A DNA stretch of 64,000 bases from the human T2T-CHM13v2.0 reference genome, Homo sapiens, in NCBI RefSeq assembly GCF_009914755.1, contig NC_060925.1; one strand, given 5' to 3'. Shown here piece after piece: positions 1 to 12,626 of this stretch (its first letter is position 1; each line of letters begins with the position of its first letter). The notes under the pieces are model-generated. The model saw only the letters and a program-made list of their open reading frames with translations. It searched no databases and had not been told where the DNA came from. A program made the translations under genes and the position numbers.

Positions 1-909
1 GAAAACCTTCCCTTCTTCTTTCCACCAGTAGAAACCGATTTTTCACCAATCTATGGCATCCCTTACTTCCTCCAAGATTTTCCTTACTTTGTGTTTTTCA
101 GCATCGTGATTATAATGTACTGCATTGTCAGCTCACGTGGTGTTGTTGCAAACTGCTGTTGTTACTTCTATTTATTTTCTATCTCTCTCACAACAAAGTC
201 TCAGTGTCTACTATAATGCTAGGCATTTTATGTTTAAAAATCTTTTCCTTGCAAAATGAATGACTTTTAAGCCCACCAAGAGCCAGGAGGTGAGAACAAA
301 AGCAAGAAAAAATCAGTTTCATCACTCTGAGATCATCAGAGCAGCTGAAGAGATTCTCACCTTTGTGTGAGTCACACTCCCTGCAATCTGCCAGCTGCAG
401 GGAAGCTCTGATACAGATGGGAGTGGAAAAGAAGATTTAAAAGCAGTTTCTTTTATATATTCTTAGGAAGCATTGATTCATTTTTTCCTCAGTTTTCATA
501 ATTGAGATTTTGGTGTTAGGTAATGTCACCTATTTTAGGGTGGTGCTATACACTAGGACAATGAACTGCCATGGTTTTTCCCTGGAGCAATATTTATATC
601 TGCTCAAAAGTAAAATATTCATATTTCTGCTGCCTGTTTGACAAAGGGGCAGTTATCTTATGCAAGTCAATGTGAATAAAAAGGGGAGAGGGTGCAGGAT
701 GCAAGAGGAGGTCAAAATGCATTCATCTATCAAACTAAGAGATCAAGGAAGAAAGTGTGATGGAAAGCTGTGGTTCTCTGACTTTGGGTACAAAACAATC
801 ATTTGCAGAGCTTATGAAAAAAGAAGATTCCTGAGCCTCCACTCAGACTTCCTATATCAGAATCTGTATGTGTGTGTTTGGGGGAGAGGGAGAGCAGGAA
901 TCTACATTT

Positions 910-910
<1 letters not shown>

Positions 911-946
<36 letters not shown>
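911..946. repeat. (TAA)n microsatellite, about 12 units
   Basis: Read directly; explains the poly-Asn run in ORF 660..986. Confidence 0.95.
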
Positions 947-948
<2 letters not shown>

Positions 949-989
949 GGAATTCTTATTCAGAAGATCTGAAGACCACATTTTAAGAA

Positions 990-1160
990 TTGGAGACAGA
1001 TGAACCTAGCTTAGTTGCATTCTAGCAGCATGGACTTAATTACTCTAAGCCTCAGTTTTCTGTCAAAGGGGGGTAATATCAACATATCCCATGGGGTTAT
1101 TGGGAAGTTTGAAGTGATAAAACCTGCATGGTGCCTGCACAGGGTATATTTGAAAATATT
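990..1160 (+). mobile_element. MIR SINE fragment
   Basis: Degenerate MIR core: ctctaagcctcagttttc...ggttattgggaagtttgaagtgataa...gtgcctgcaca. Confidence 0.65.
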
Positions 1161-2363
1161 TACAGTTTTGACATTTTAGAAAAGGTAGTAGCTTTATCTA
1201 TCTGAAGTAATCCTCCATTTGAAGTGATGTGAATTGGCAGAACCTTTTTCACGAGGACCTGTGTCAAGAGTGAAAGGCTGAAATGCCTGCTTTTTCATTT
1301 CTATATTGCTGGTGATGCAGAAGCATCCCAGGTTACTAAATTTGCTGGGGAAAAGATAATCTGCTTATTGGAAGCATCACCATCTACTGTTTTTTTTCCT
1401 TCCCATTTTCCACGAAAATAATAGAGCTGAGGGTTAGTTCTAAAACTAGGCAGTAAAATTTAAAATTTTTAGAACACCACACTGGCTCAGGGCAATGGTT
1501 TCTTTAATAGTGTAGAACTAAGGGAATATTCTGGGGATGCACAATAATCTTCTATGAAATCCAAATCCAAAAGTTAAAAAAAATCCCAAACCACTCTTTT
1601 TCTTAATCAACTATTAGGAGCTAATTGTTACATGACTTTATATAAGCCTTTAAATAAATCTATAATAATGTCTCATTATGAGACACTGATACACAAAACC
1701 TCACACTTGGAAAACTGGCAATTTTGAAAATGATTGAGATTCTTGAGAAAAGTGAGATGAGTTTAACTTCAAATAGCCAGTGTCTCCTACTACATTTGCA
1801 ATGACAGTATTTACCAAAATTTAATTTTTCAATTTTTGTATGTACATTGCTTTTATAAAACATGGCTTAAGTTTATTTAAATTTTCATACAGACCTTTGA
1901 ATAATAAACTGCATTTTTATTGCCTGTCAGATAAAGTAGTATTTTCTTTTATTTTATGTCTCTTGCCATATTTAAGTTTCAAATATTTGCCATTTTCCTT
2001 ATTCAGTCTTTAGCTTCAGCATTAATCATTTCAGGCTATGAAACAATAATTTTTTCAACCTATCTTCATAAGAAGCCCACTGAATCCCTTGGGTCATTTT
2101 AGTTACTTTCCTGGATTATTTCCATTGTGAGTTTTTTTAAATAAAGAGAAAGAATATGATGCCTTTAATTTGCTTTTCAGTGCATTTTTTGACATCTTCA
2201 CCTGACAGATAGTTTCCTAAATATTAAAAATTCATTACATTGATTTCTCAAGCTAAAGTAAAAATAACAAAAATGAATAACATGATTCAATTGCATATTT
2301 CCAAAATTTGCCTTCTTTAAAGGATATTACAAGATATTTGTTTTGCAGAATATTCAGCTTGCA

Positions 2364-2722
2364 TGATATGCTTTGGCTGGGTCCCCACCCAAATCTCATC
2401 TTGAATTATAACTCCCACAATTCCACATGTTGTGGGAGGCACCTGGTTGGAGGTGACTGAATTATGGGGGCAAGTCTTTCCTGCACTGTTCTCATGATAG
2501 TGAATGAGTGTCATGAGATCTGATGGTTTTAAAAAGGGAGTTCCCCTGCACAAGCTCTCTATTTGCCTGCCACCATCCATGTAAGACTTGACTTGCTCCT
2601 CTTTGCCTTCTGCCATGATTGTGAGGCCTCCTCAGCCATGTGGAACTACAAGTCCATTAAACCTCTTTTTCTTCCCAGTCTCAAGTATGTCTTTATCAGC
2701 AGCATGAAAACAGACTAATACA
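2364..2722 (+). mobile_element. THE1A-like MaLR solo LTR
   Basis: TGATATG..TTTGGCTG..CCCCACCCAAATCTCATCTTGAA start, GACTAATACA end; 5-bp TSD ttgca/ctgca. Confidence 0.9.
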
Positions 2723-3415
2723 CTGCAAATAAAACTATATCTGAATGTAAATTTATAGGCTCAGAATGTTAGAGTTGAAGGTGATCTAAGTCCTTTTTTA
2801 CAGGATAAGTAATTTTAAAATTCTAGTATAATGTGTTTTCTGTTATTCTTAAGCCTCATTATTTACAAATATCTTAGTCAGCCTCGCTATTAATAGTAAA
2901 TTCCCATCAAGACGTCTATGACAGTTTTCGGATGTCCCCAAATTGTCACTTTCTTTGCATTGTTTTGTACTGTTAATATTCAGAAATACATTTTCTCTTT
3001 TTAATAGCTATATCTGGTATTTAGATATTCTAAATATTTAGTATTTAGATAGTAGATGTCATTCACCTTTACCAGTATTTACATAGTTATTGAAATAAGC
3101 AAAATATAATTTAAGTAACAAATATCAAGATAGCTTAGAAGTGACAAGTAAAACATAATTCAAGAATGTTTTAAAAGTAACATTTTCCTGATTATAAAGG
3201 TAAAATTTGTTCATTTTAGAAAATTAGCATACTGTACAAAAGCAAAAAGAAGAAAATACATTTCCAGCATTCCACTATCTTAAAAAAAAAAAAACCTTTA
3301 ATGGCTTGCTATGTATGTAAGTAAATTGAGAGAGACAGAATGCAGGGATATACTTGTACAATTTTTTTTGTGTAATTATTTACACACTACAATTTTTTTA
3401 ACTATAAAAAGTTGA

Positions 3416-3753
<338 letters not shown>

Positions 3754-5534
3754 CTTGATATATGTGTGTCTTTAATTATTGATAGACACTTTTTTGGTTA
3801 CAGCAGAGTTTGGTTTTTAGATAATTGGTACTAACTCTAAATACTAGAGGTTAGATCTAATTTTTTCCTGTTATAATAAGAAATTAAATGATTGACTAAG
3901 GGACAGACGCCTGTTCTGTTATAGAAATCATTACAAGCATCATCTTAAAGCTACAAAAAATGCATCTATAGGTGCATTTTTAGGTTACTCATCATACAAT
4001 CTTCTAGTGCATCTATAACTAATGCAAGAAGACACTGTAGGCTAACTTTGTTTAATAATATATTATCATTAGCTACTATATAAAGTTCTTATTTATGTAA
4101 TTTTTAAAGCCAAAAATGAGCAGGTAAATGAGGACCAGGATTCCTAATAAAGGTGTTATTTATTAGGAATATAGCATTCAAGAAGGATTCTTTAGATTTT
4201 AGAACGATTTAATGGGCATCAGAGATTTAGTGTCATTTGATTTTTTAATAAAAATCTTCACAAAAGTTGATATTACTGGTTTACTTTTCTCATTGCAATT
4301 TCTTCATGCTAACATTAAAAATAAAGTCTCCTGAAATATTTGAGATAGGCTTTTTTTCCCCACATTGCTTGGACAATGCATAGTTGTTTTCATGCTAAGA
4401 TATTGGAAGAGCTTTAGAATTGAGAACTGCCTGTAATGTCTTTACTCCTCTCCTTGACTCTTCACCTTCTTTACAATTTTCTATCATCTTTAGGGAAGGA
4501 TTTTTATTACTTTTATAATAACCCACTATCTATGGCCATTAGACATCTCTGTCAGCTTATCTTTTACCTTCTTCTCAGCGTGAAAAATATTTATCCTTCC
4601 TGTTGTTTTCCTGATCGGTCTCCAGCTTGCTTCTTCATCCTTTTCCCCTGCCGTTTCCCCAGTTTTCTTCTACTTCTTTACTGAAAAGGAACTTAGGAAT
4701 AGTCTGATTTTGGAGGTCCCTGGAGACTTCTAGATTGCCATGGCAAGGTTAGAATGAGAACAGCCTACTGTCATGCCCTCAGAGGGCCCCTTCTCCAACT
4801 TGTATGGTCACTGAATACCCAGTAATGGGTTAAGTCAAAACTGGTGATAATGAATAATGATACCTGACTGCAGGGAGTACTTAAATACTTGGAGATGACA
4901 GAACCATATATACCATATCTTTTTGTTCCAAGGTTGCATTGCTTGAGAGAAAAAGTGGTACCCTTTTGGGAAGGAAGTTACAAATTATCTCTGAAAGCAA
5001 AGTGCATATAAGACAAAATTTCCAGTGTAGTTTGGAGTAGTGATAGTGACTCAGAACATGCTGTTCAGAAGAGAGTTCTAAGAACAAACATGGAAATGAC
5101 GTTATAAGTAAATTTAGGAAATGGAGAATCTAAAGGATATCTGAGAAGAGTCTAATGTAATGTTCGCATACAATGAATTTTAGGTGGCATCTTTTTTGTT
5201 AACAGAATGCTATCATAGTAATTATACTGTTAGCTATAATTTTAAGTTTAGAGGAGAATTGAAGTTTATTTAATGAGTCCCAAGCCTATGAGACCTAAAG
5301 CAATTTCCCCAATTCACAGTAAGTAGAAAGTTTACATGGTACTGTTGAGATTAGAACCTGTGTCTCTTGTCTCTTAGTGTGTTGCTTTCCTCAATATTAT
5401 TTTTTATACATATAGGGAGGTGTGCGCTATTTGTTAGCTTTTGTCTTGTTTCTCCTTAGTACATTTATATAAATTCTCAAGAATTTAGTACTGGTCTGAC
5501 ATAGTCCAAACTGATCTCTTTAATGATCTATATA

Positions 5535-5790
5535 GTAGAGTAGCCAAAAATGATGACCTTCAAGTAAGACAGATCTGGATTTTAATTCTCGCTATGCTAT
5601 TTCTTAGCTATGCAACCCTGAGTGAGTTAATTTACCTCTCTGTACTTCATTGTTCACATCTGTAAAATGCAGCTAGGAAGAGCTACCTTGTGTATATAGG
5701 ATTGTCTCATAGTAGCATCCACTACATGCTTTAATGCATTTAAAGTGCTCAGTGCATTGTCTGGCCCTTACTATGTGACTCAGTATCATT
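5535..5790 (+). mobile_element. MIR SINE, near full length
   Basis: agacagatctggattttaattc...tgagttaatttacctctctgtacttc...catctgtaaaatg...taaagtgctcagtgcattgtctggc. Confidence 0.85.
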
Positions 5791-5903
5791 GTTGTTGTTG
5801 CAGTTATGGTTCATGTCACATTATTGCATGAATTATTTCTTAAGTAGGAATTGAAAGCAAAAATAATAAAGTTTGATTACGATTTAAAAATCTGCTGTCA
5901 AAC

Positions 5904-6173
5904 CTTAAATTGCCAATGGAAATCTGTCCCAATGTGTTTCAGTGTAAGGAGAGCTACTGCCAAGAAGGCAACAGGGATCCAAAACCTCATGAAGTCCCTA
6001 AGCCCATGAAGTCTCCAAAGAGGTGGACTAAGAGAGGACTCCTTATGGTGTCCTAGAGAAGCAGACTCAAATAACAAATCCCTGTGTAACTGCAAAGGTT
6101 TATACAAAGTGGCATTCCATGCAGAGTAGAGAATATGATGTAAAGAGCCATCAAACGTTATGAGATCCCTCCC
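5904..6173 (-). other. Candidate 270-nt phase-0/0 exon (unverified)
   Basis: Minus-strand pyrimidine tract + CAG acceptor; AAG|GTTTGA donor; open frame inside ORF 5898..6290; no homolog recognised. Confidence 0.25.
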
Positions 6174-6624
6174 CTGCAGCACATAAACAAAGTGAGGTGG
6201 AAAACAAAACAGAAAGTCTGCATGATAATCCTCAGCAATACACCGCTTTATGAAAGGGCATTTTAGTTCAAATGTGGGAAGCTGTGCCAAAAAAGCTGAA
6301 GGCAGGCAGGCCGAGCCAAATTAGAACAGAGTAAAAAATTTGTCATACCTTTGTAATTCACACAGCAGCATATTCAGCTCAACTACAAGCTGTCCAGATG
6401 TTGGCCATCTGACTCTTTATAGCTGTGGTCTGTTTTTTCTTTAAAGCCCCCTTTCCTCCCTGAGTTCCCAGACACTTGGCATTTCTCTTGAAGTGGAACC
6501 TAAGTTGAATAAAGAATTAGTCTTCTTTTCAATTTTCAGTCCAATTTATCTTTTTAAGAGAAATATTTTGAAAACAACAAAGTCCTTGATTAAATTTACA
6601 TCATAGCAAGAAAATTTTGCCAAG

Positions 6625-6875
6625 TGATTGCTTAAATTGATAGCCTTGGAGCCAAATAGACCTAGAGTAGAATCTTGGATCAATCATTTACAGGTTGTGT
6701 AAGTTTAGGCAAGTGATTTAATCTGTCTATGCCTTAGTTTTTTCCACAGTAAAATGAAGATAATAGCAATAATACCTACCTCATTGCCTATGATTAAATG
6801 AGACAATGTATTAAAACATGAGCCATAGTGCTTGGCACATAACAAGCTCTCAATGAATGGCAGTTGTTTTTGTTA
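6625..6875 (+). mobile_element. MIR SINE
   Basis: ggcaagtgatttaatctgtctatgccttagttt...gtaaaatgaagataatag...gattaaatgag...gcttggcacataacaagctctcaatgaatg. Confidence 0.9.
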
Positions 6876-7380
6876 CAGTATATTTTAAAATCTGTTTTAT
6901 TCTTAAGGTCATTACTTCCTATGACTTCTGTAGACAAAAGCTTCCAAGACAGTGAGGATAAAGGAAGAATCATTTTGTATCAATTTATTGGTAACTTTGT
7001 AATTTAATAAGTATTGACTTCAAAAGAGGATGTAGCTCTACTTTTGAGGTGTAAAAAATATGCGTGTGTGTACATATGTATCTTAGCACTAGAATTAGGC
7101 ACTGGAGAATTCATCACTGTCATATGGCAAGGTGAATACTTACTGCCATGCAGAAGTCAGTTTTCACCATTTGATCAGAGATTAGCCTTGTCCATCCTCC
7201 TTTAAGAGAATGACTTGGAGGCTGTAAGGAAAGACCTGTAACTAAATTCTTTCTATTGATTAGAGGTGTGAGGTTAGGGCAAAGAGTTGGGCTGATACTT
7301 GGAGGCACAGTCAGAATTTGTTTACGTAGAATAGGTCATTTGATAATTTTGAGCTTGTTTTTATTCTTTTAAAATAATTA

Positions 7381-7683
7381 GGCCAAGTGCAGTGTCTCAC
7401 ACCTGTAATCCCAGCCCTTTGAGAGGCTGAAGCATGTGGATTTCTTGGGTCCAGGAGGTCAAGATAAGCCTGGGCAACATAGTGAGATACCATCTCTACA
7501 AAAGATACCAGATTAGCCAGGCATGGTGGTACATGCGCCTGTAGTCCCAGCTACTCAGGAGGCTGAGGCAGGAGGATCTTTTGAGCCCAGGAGGAGATTG
7601 TAGTGAGCCAAGTTTGTGGGACTGCACTCCAGCCTGGGTGACAGAGCAAGACCTTCTCTCAAAAAATAAAAGTAAAATAAAAC
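7381..7683 (+). mobile_element. AluJ
   Basis: Dimer with J-type features (gggcaacatagtgaga, ggaggatc..ttgagcccagg); TSD aaaataatta/aaaataatga. Confidence 0.92.
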
Positions 7684-8087
7684 AAAATAATGAAAGTAAA
7701 TCATAAAACTCAACTATTTCTTAGAACAAAATTCCTCTTCATCAAAGAAAATGGAGCTCACCCTAAATGCAACGTACCAATGTTAGGTACCTATGTAATT
7801 TACGGAAAGCTAGAGAGAAAACTGGAGATGTCTTTTGTGCAGTAAAATAGAATCTTCCCCTTTGATGATGTTAAATGCCATCACATTTCAATGGATAGCA
7901 TAAGGTCTGACAGCAGGCAAAATGAGCTCATCCAGTGATGTGTGTGGCAAAACAACAGCTGTGATTGTTTTAGGTAATAGAAAAATAATTAACATATAAT
8001 ACACCATGCTGAAAAGCCTTGCATTTGATCACAAACAAAAATATAACATTCCTTCTGAAGTTTTTAAGTATATGAGCAAAGAAAAAC

Positions 8088-8261
8088 AAGTGGTTCCCAA
8101 ATCCAACTGATCTTCAGCATTCCTTAGGGCTCTTCTAAAAAATTCTGGCTCTCAGGCACTGGGTCTGCAAGTGGTTATTCTGAAGGTCTGCAGAGAAGCC
8201 CAGGGTATCTTTTGTGAAACTCTTCAGGGGACGTGATGATCGTATAGTTTGGAAACCACTT
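8088..8261. mobile_element. MER5A/B-like hAT-Charlie MITE
   Basis: Terminal inverted repeats agtggttcccaaa ... tttggaaaccact; about 175 bp. Confidence 0.7.
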
Positions 8262-8833
8262 CCTGAACTATACTGTGCTGTCTGCTTAATAGGTCTTAAA
8301 TCTTTTTCTGACCTGCTTCATGGTGTCTTAAACCAAGAGATTTGTGAGTTAAGATGTATGTGTGTTGTCAAAATGGATAATAATTGAAATTTCAAAGTCA
8401 GAATATGATGATAACCACTGTGGAACACTTGTTCTCCTCAGTTTGTGTGAAATAACTGGTTAATCAAGTTCGTTCAATAAGTAGTTACTGAGCAGTCGTC
8501 TTTCAGATGTCGTCTATGTGTTAGTGATATAAGGTGAATACAAGTGAAAGATACCCCTGTTCTCATAGGCTTAACATTCCAGTAGAGGGAAACAGCAAAG
8601 TAAATAAATACTTAGACTATTTAAGAAATAATAATATGTAAAAAGTTAAGGGAGAAGGTGAGTGCCAGAATGTGTGTATAAGTGCAAGTATATGATATGG
8701 ATTTTAAATAGAGTAGCTAGAAAATGTCTCTCTGAAATTATATTTGTTCAAAGACGTGAATGAAGTAGGGGAGGTAGCAATACTGATATCTGGTGGAAAG
8801 AAATTCTTCACAGAGGGAATAGCAAGAGATGAG

Positions 8834-9329
8834 TGTGTTAGTTTCCTGTTTCTGCTGTAAAATTAGCTAAAAACAACAGAAATTTATTCTCTCACAGTTA
8901 TGGAGGGCAGAATTCCAAAATCAGTATCATTGGGCTGAGATCATTGGCAGTATCACTGTCAGGGCTGTGCTCCTTCTGAAGTCTGTAGGGGAGAAGTCAT
9001 TCCTCTGGTGGCTACTGGGCTTCCTTGGTTTATGGCCACATCACTCTAATCTTCAAGTCTAGCATCTTCAAATCTCTCTCTCCCCCATCTTCATTGTGTG
9101 TGTGTGTGTGTGTGTGCGCGTGTGTGTGTGTAATCTTTCTCTTTCTCCCTCTTAGAAGAATATATGTGATTGCATTTAAGGTCCACCCAGATAATCCAGT
9201 ATAAAATTTTCACCTCAAGATTATTAATTCAATCACATATACAATGGCTTTGCCATAAAAAATGACATTCACAGATTCCAGAGATTAGGACACGGATATC
9301 TTTTGAAGGCCATTTTGCAGCCTACCACA
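8834..9329 (-). mobile_element. MLT1C-like MaLR solo LTR containing a (TG)n tract at about 9095-9131
   Basis: tgtgttagtttcct...cagcctaccaca ends; perfect TSD ATGAG (8829-8833 / 9330-9334). Confidence 0.88.
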
Positions 9330-10029
9330 ATGAGGATATGCTTGATGTATTTGAGGAATAGCAAGAAGGTTAAGTGTGGACAGGGAAGAATAAGAAAGAA
9401 GAGTATAAGGAGATGAGATGGAGAGGGAATGGTGAGGAGATCATTAAGGGTCCTGCAGATAATTTTAAGAACTTGGCCTTTTGCTTCAAATGAGACAGAG
9501 ATACACAAGATGGTTTCAACAAAGAAGCGACATGAGATATGATTTATGTTTTAACAGAATTATTATTTTGGCTGCTGAGTTAAGGCTAGTCTGTAGGGGG
9601 CAAAGACAGGAGCAGGAAGGTTGGTTAGATGGTTTTAAGAATAACCCAGGCAAGAGATGATGGCAGCTGGGATTAGACTGGTGAGAAAGGGTTGGATTCT
9701 GGGTATCTTTTAAAGGTAGAACCCACAGGATTTGCTGATGGATCATATATGGGGTATGAGTCAACAAGAGATCAAGGATGACTTCACAGTTCTTCGCCTG
9801 AGAAAATTTAAGGATGGAATAGCCATTAACCAAGATGAGAAAGGCTGTGGGAGAGCTGGTTTGGGAGATATCAGGAGTTCAGCTTTGCACATGTTAAATT
9901 TGAGAAGCTAATTGATTTCTTAGAAGAAGCTTAAGGGAGAAAATCAGGCTAAAGACAAAAATTTTGGAATCATCAGCATGTGTGTAGTATTATAGACTAG
10001 GAGACTAACTATATTCCCAAGTTGGTGAG

Positions 10030-10437
10030 TGTCAGGCCTCTGAGCCCAAACTAAGCCATCATATCCCCTGTGACCTGCACGTACACATCCAGATGGCCAG
10101 TTCCCGCCTCAACTGATGACATTCCACCACAAAAGAAGTGAAAATGGCCTATTCCTGCCTTAATTGATGATATTGTCTTGTGAAATTCCTTCTCCTGGCT
10201 CATCCTGGCTCAAAAGCTCCCCTACTGAGTACCTTGTGACCCCACTCTGCCCTCCAGAGAACAACCCCCCTTTGACTGTAATATTCCTTTACCTACCCAA
10301 ATCCTATAAAATGGCCCCGCCCCATCTGCCTTCACTGACTCTCTTTTCAGACTCAGCCCGCCTGCACCCAGGTGATTAAATTTTTATTGCTCACACAAAG
10401 CCTATTTGGTGGTCTCTTTACACAGATGCACATGAAA
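10030..10437 (+). promoter_or_regulatory. HERV-H 5' LTR (LTR7, probably LTR7up type)
   Basis: tgtcaggcctctgagccc...catgaaa; ACAAAAGA at 10129-10136; TATAAAA 10305-10311; GC box ggccccgcccc 10313-10323; ATTAAA 10375-10380. Confidence 0.95.
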
Positions 10438-10439
10438 TT

Positions 10440-10457
10440 TGGTGCCGTGACTCGGAT
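10440..10457 (+). other. Primer-binding site complementary to tRNA-His
   Basis: TGGTGCCGTGACTCGGAT just downstream of the 5' LTR. Confidence 0.95.
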
Positions 10458-10580
10458 CGGGGGACCTCCCTTGGGAGATCAATCCCCTGTCCTCCTGCTC
10501 TTTGCTCCGTGAGAAAGATCCACCTATGACCTCAGGTCCTCAGACCAACCAGCCCAAGAAACATCTCATCAATTTCAAAT

Positions 10581-10589
10581 CCGGTAAGC
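10581..10589 (+). promoter_or_regulatory. HERV-H major splice donor
   Basis: CCG|GTAAGC in the leader, at the usual HERV-H donor position. Confidence 0.8.
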
Positions 10590-11047
10590 GGCCTGTTTTT
10601 ACTCTCTTCTCCAACCTCCCTCACTATCCCTCAACTTCTTTCTCCTTTCAATCTTGGCACCACACTTCAATCTCTCCCTTCTCTTAGTTTCAATTCCTTT
10701 CATTTTCTGGTAGAGACAAAGGAGACACGTTTTATCCGTGGACCCAAAACTCCGGCACCAGTCACGGAGTAGGGAAGGCAGCCTTCCCTTGGTGTTTAAT
10801 CATTGCAGGGACACCTCTCTGATTATTCACCCAGGTTTCAGGGGTGTCAGACCACGCAGGGACGCCTGCCTTAGTCCTTCACCCTTAGCGGCAAGTCCCG
10901 CTTTTCTGGGGAAGGGGCAAGTACCCCAACCCCTTCTCTCCGTGTCTCTACCCCTTCTTCGCCTTTCTGGGGGGCAAGAAACCCCCAACGCCTTCTCCTT
11001 CACCCTTAGAGGCAAGTCCCACTTTTCTAGGGGAGGAGCAAGTACCA

Positions 11048-11335
11048 CAACCCCTTATATCTCTGTGCCCCGATCCCTTATTTCCATGCCCCAACCTCAT
11101 ATCTCTGCACCCCGATCCCTTATTTCCACACCTCAACCCCTTATATCTCTGCACCCTATCTCTAATTTCCGTGCCCCAACCTCTTATATCTCTGCACCCC
11201 GATCCCTTATTTCCACGCCACAAACTCTTATATCTCTGTGCCCCAATCCCTTATTTTTGCACCACAACCTCTTATATCTCTGCACCCCAATCCCTTATTT
11301 CTGCGCCCCAACCTCGTATCTCTGTGCCCTGACCC
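11048..11335 (+). repeat. HERV-H leader tandem array, about 6.5 copies of a ~44-bp unit
   Basis: Unit approximately ttatatctctgcaccccgatcccttatttccacgccccaacctc; tatctctg recurs 7 times. Confidence 0.9.
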
Positions 11336-11424
11336 CTTTCCCGCTTTTCTGGAGGGTAAGAACCCCTGAACCCCTTCCCTCCGTGTCTCTACTCTCTCTT
11401 TGCTCTGGGCTTGCCTCCTTCACT

Positions 11425-12626
11425 ATGGGCAACCTTCCACCCTCCATTCCTCCTTCTTCTCCCTTAGCCTGTGTTCTTAAGAACTTAAAACCTCTTCAAC
11501 TCTCACCTGACCTAAAATCTAAGCATCTTATTTTCTTCTGCAATGCCGCTTGACCCCAATACAAAGTCGACAGTAGTTCCAAATAGCCAGAAAACGGCAT
11601 TTTCAATTTTTCCATCCTGCAAGATCTAAATAATTCCTGTCGTAAAATGGGCAAACGGTCTGAGGTGCCTGACGTCCAGGCATTGTTTTACATATCAGTC
11701 CCTCCCTAGTCTCTGTGCCCAGTGCAACTCGTCCCAAATCTTCCTTCTTTCCCTCCCACCTGTCCCCTCAGTCCCAACCCCAAGCATCGCTGAGTCTTTC
11801 TAATCTTCCTTTTCTACAGACCCATCTGACCTCTCCCCTCCTCCCCAGGCTGCTCCTCGCCAGGCTGAGCTAGGTCCCAATTCTTCCTCAGCCTCTGCTC
11901 CTCCACCCTATAATCCTTTTATCACCTCCCCTCCTCACACCTGGTCCGGCTTACAGTTTCGTTCCATGACTAGCCCTCCCCCACCTGCCCAGCAATTTAT
12001 TCTTAAAAAGGTGGCTGGAGCTAAAGGCATAGTCAAGGTTAATGCTCCTTTTTCTTTATCCCAAGTCAGATAGCGTTTAGGCTCTTTTTCATCAAATATA
12101 AAAATGCAGCTCAGTTCATGACTTGTTTGGCAGCAACCCTGAGACACTTTATAGCCCTAGACCCTAAAAGGTCTAAAGGCCGTCTTATTCTCAAAATACA
12201 TTTTATTACCCAATCTGCTCCTGACATTAAATAAAAATCCAAAAATTAAATTCCGGCCCTCAAGCCCCACAACAGCATTTAATTAACCTCGCCTTCAAGG
12301 TGTACAATAACAGAAAAAAGTTGCAATTCCTTTCCTCCACTGTGAGACAAACCCCAGCCACATCTCCAGCACCCAAGAACTTCCAAATGCCTGAACCGCA
12401 GCGGCCAGGCGTTCCTCCAGAACCTCCTCCCCCAGGAGCTTGCTACAAGTGCCAGAAATCTGACCACCAGGCCAAGGAATGCCTGCAGCCCAGGATTCCT
12501 CCTAAGCCATGTCCCATCTGTGCAGGACCCCACTGGAAATCGGACTGTTCAACTCACCTGGCAGCCACTCCCAGAGCCCCTGGAACTCTGGCCCAAGGCT
12601 CTCTGACTGACTCCTTCTCGGCTTAG
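11425..12626 (+). pseudogene. gag: HERV-H gag remnant
   Basis: MGNLPPSIPPSSPLACVL start; early TGA at 11551; NC zinc knuckles CYKCQKSDHQAKEC and CPICAGPHWKSDC in ORF 12300..12626. Confidence 0.9.

Noticed and set aside
660-986. 108-aa ORF with poly-Asn
   Set aside because: The Asn run comes from a (TAA)n microsatellite; no homology or exon structure recognised.
1200-1650. Possible ancient LTR remnant, and similar old L1M/L2/MLT1-like sequence at 41800-43800, 46030-47360, 49400-50080 and 55430-56470
   Set aside because: Too diverged to assign a family or boundaries by eye.
11048-11335. Periodic array that might suggest a CRISPR-like locus
   Set aside because: Head-to-tail degenerate units with no unique spacers, inside the HERV-H leader of a primate genome.
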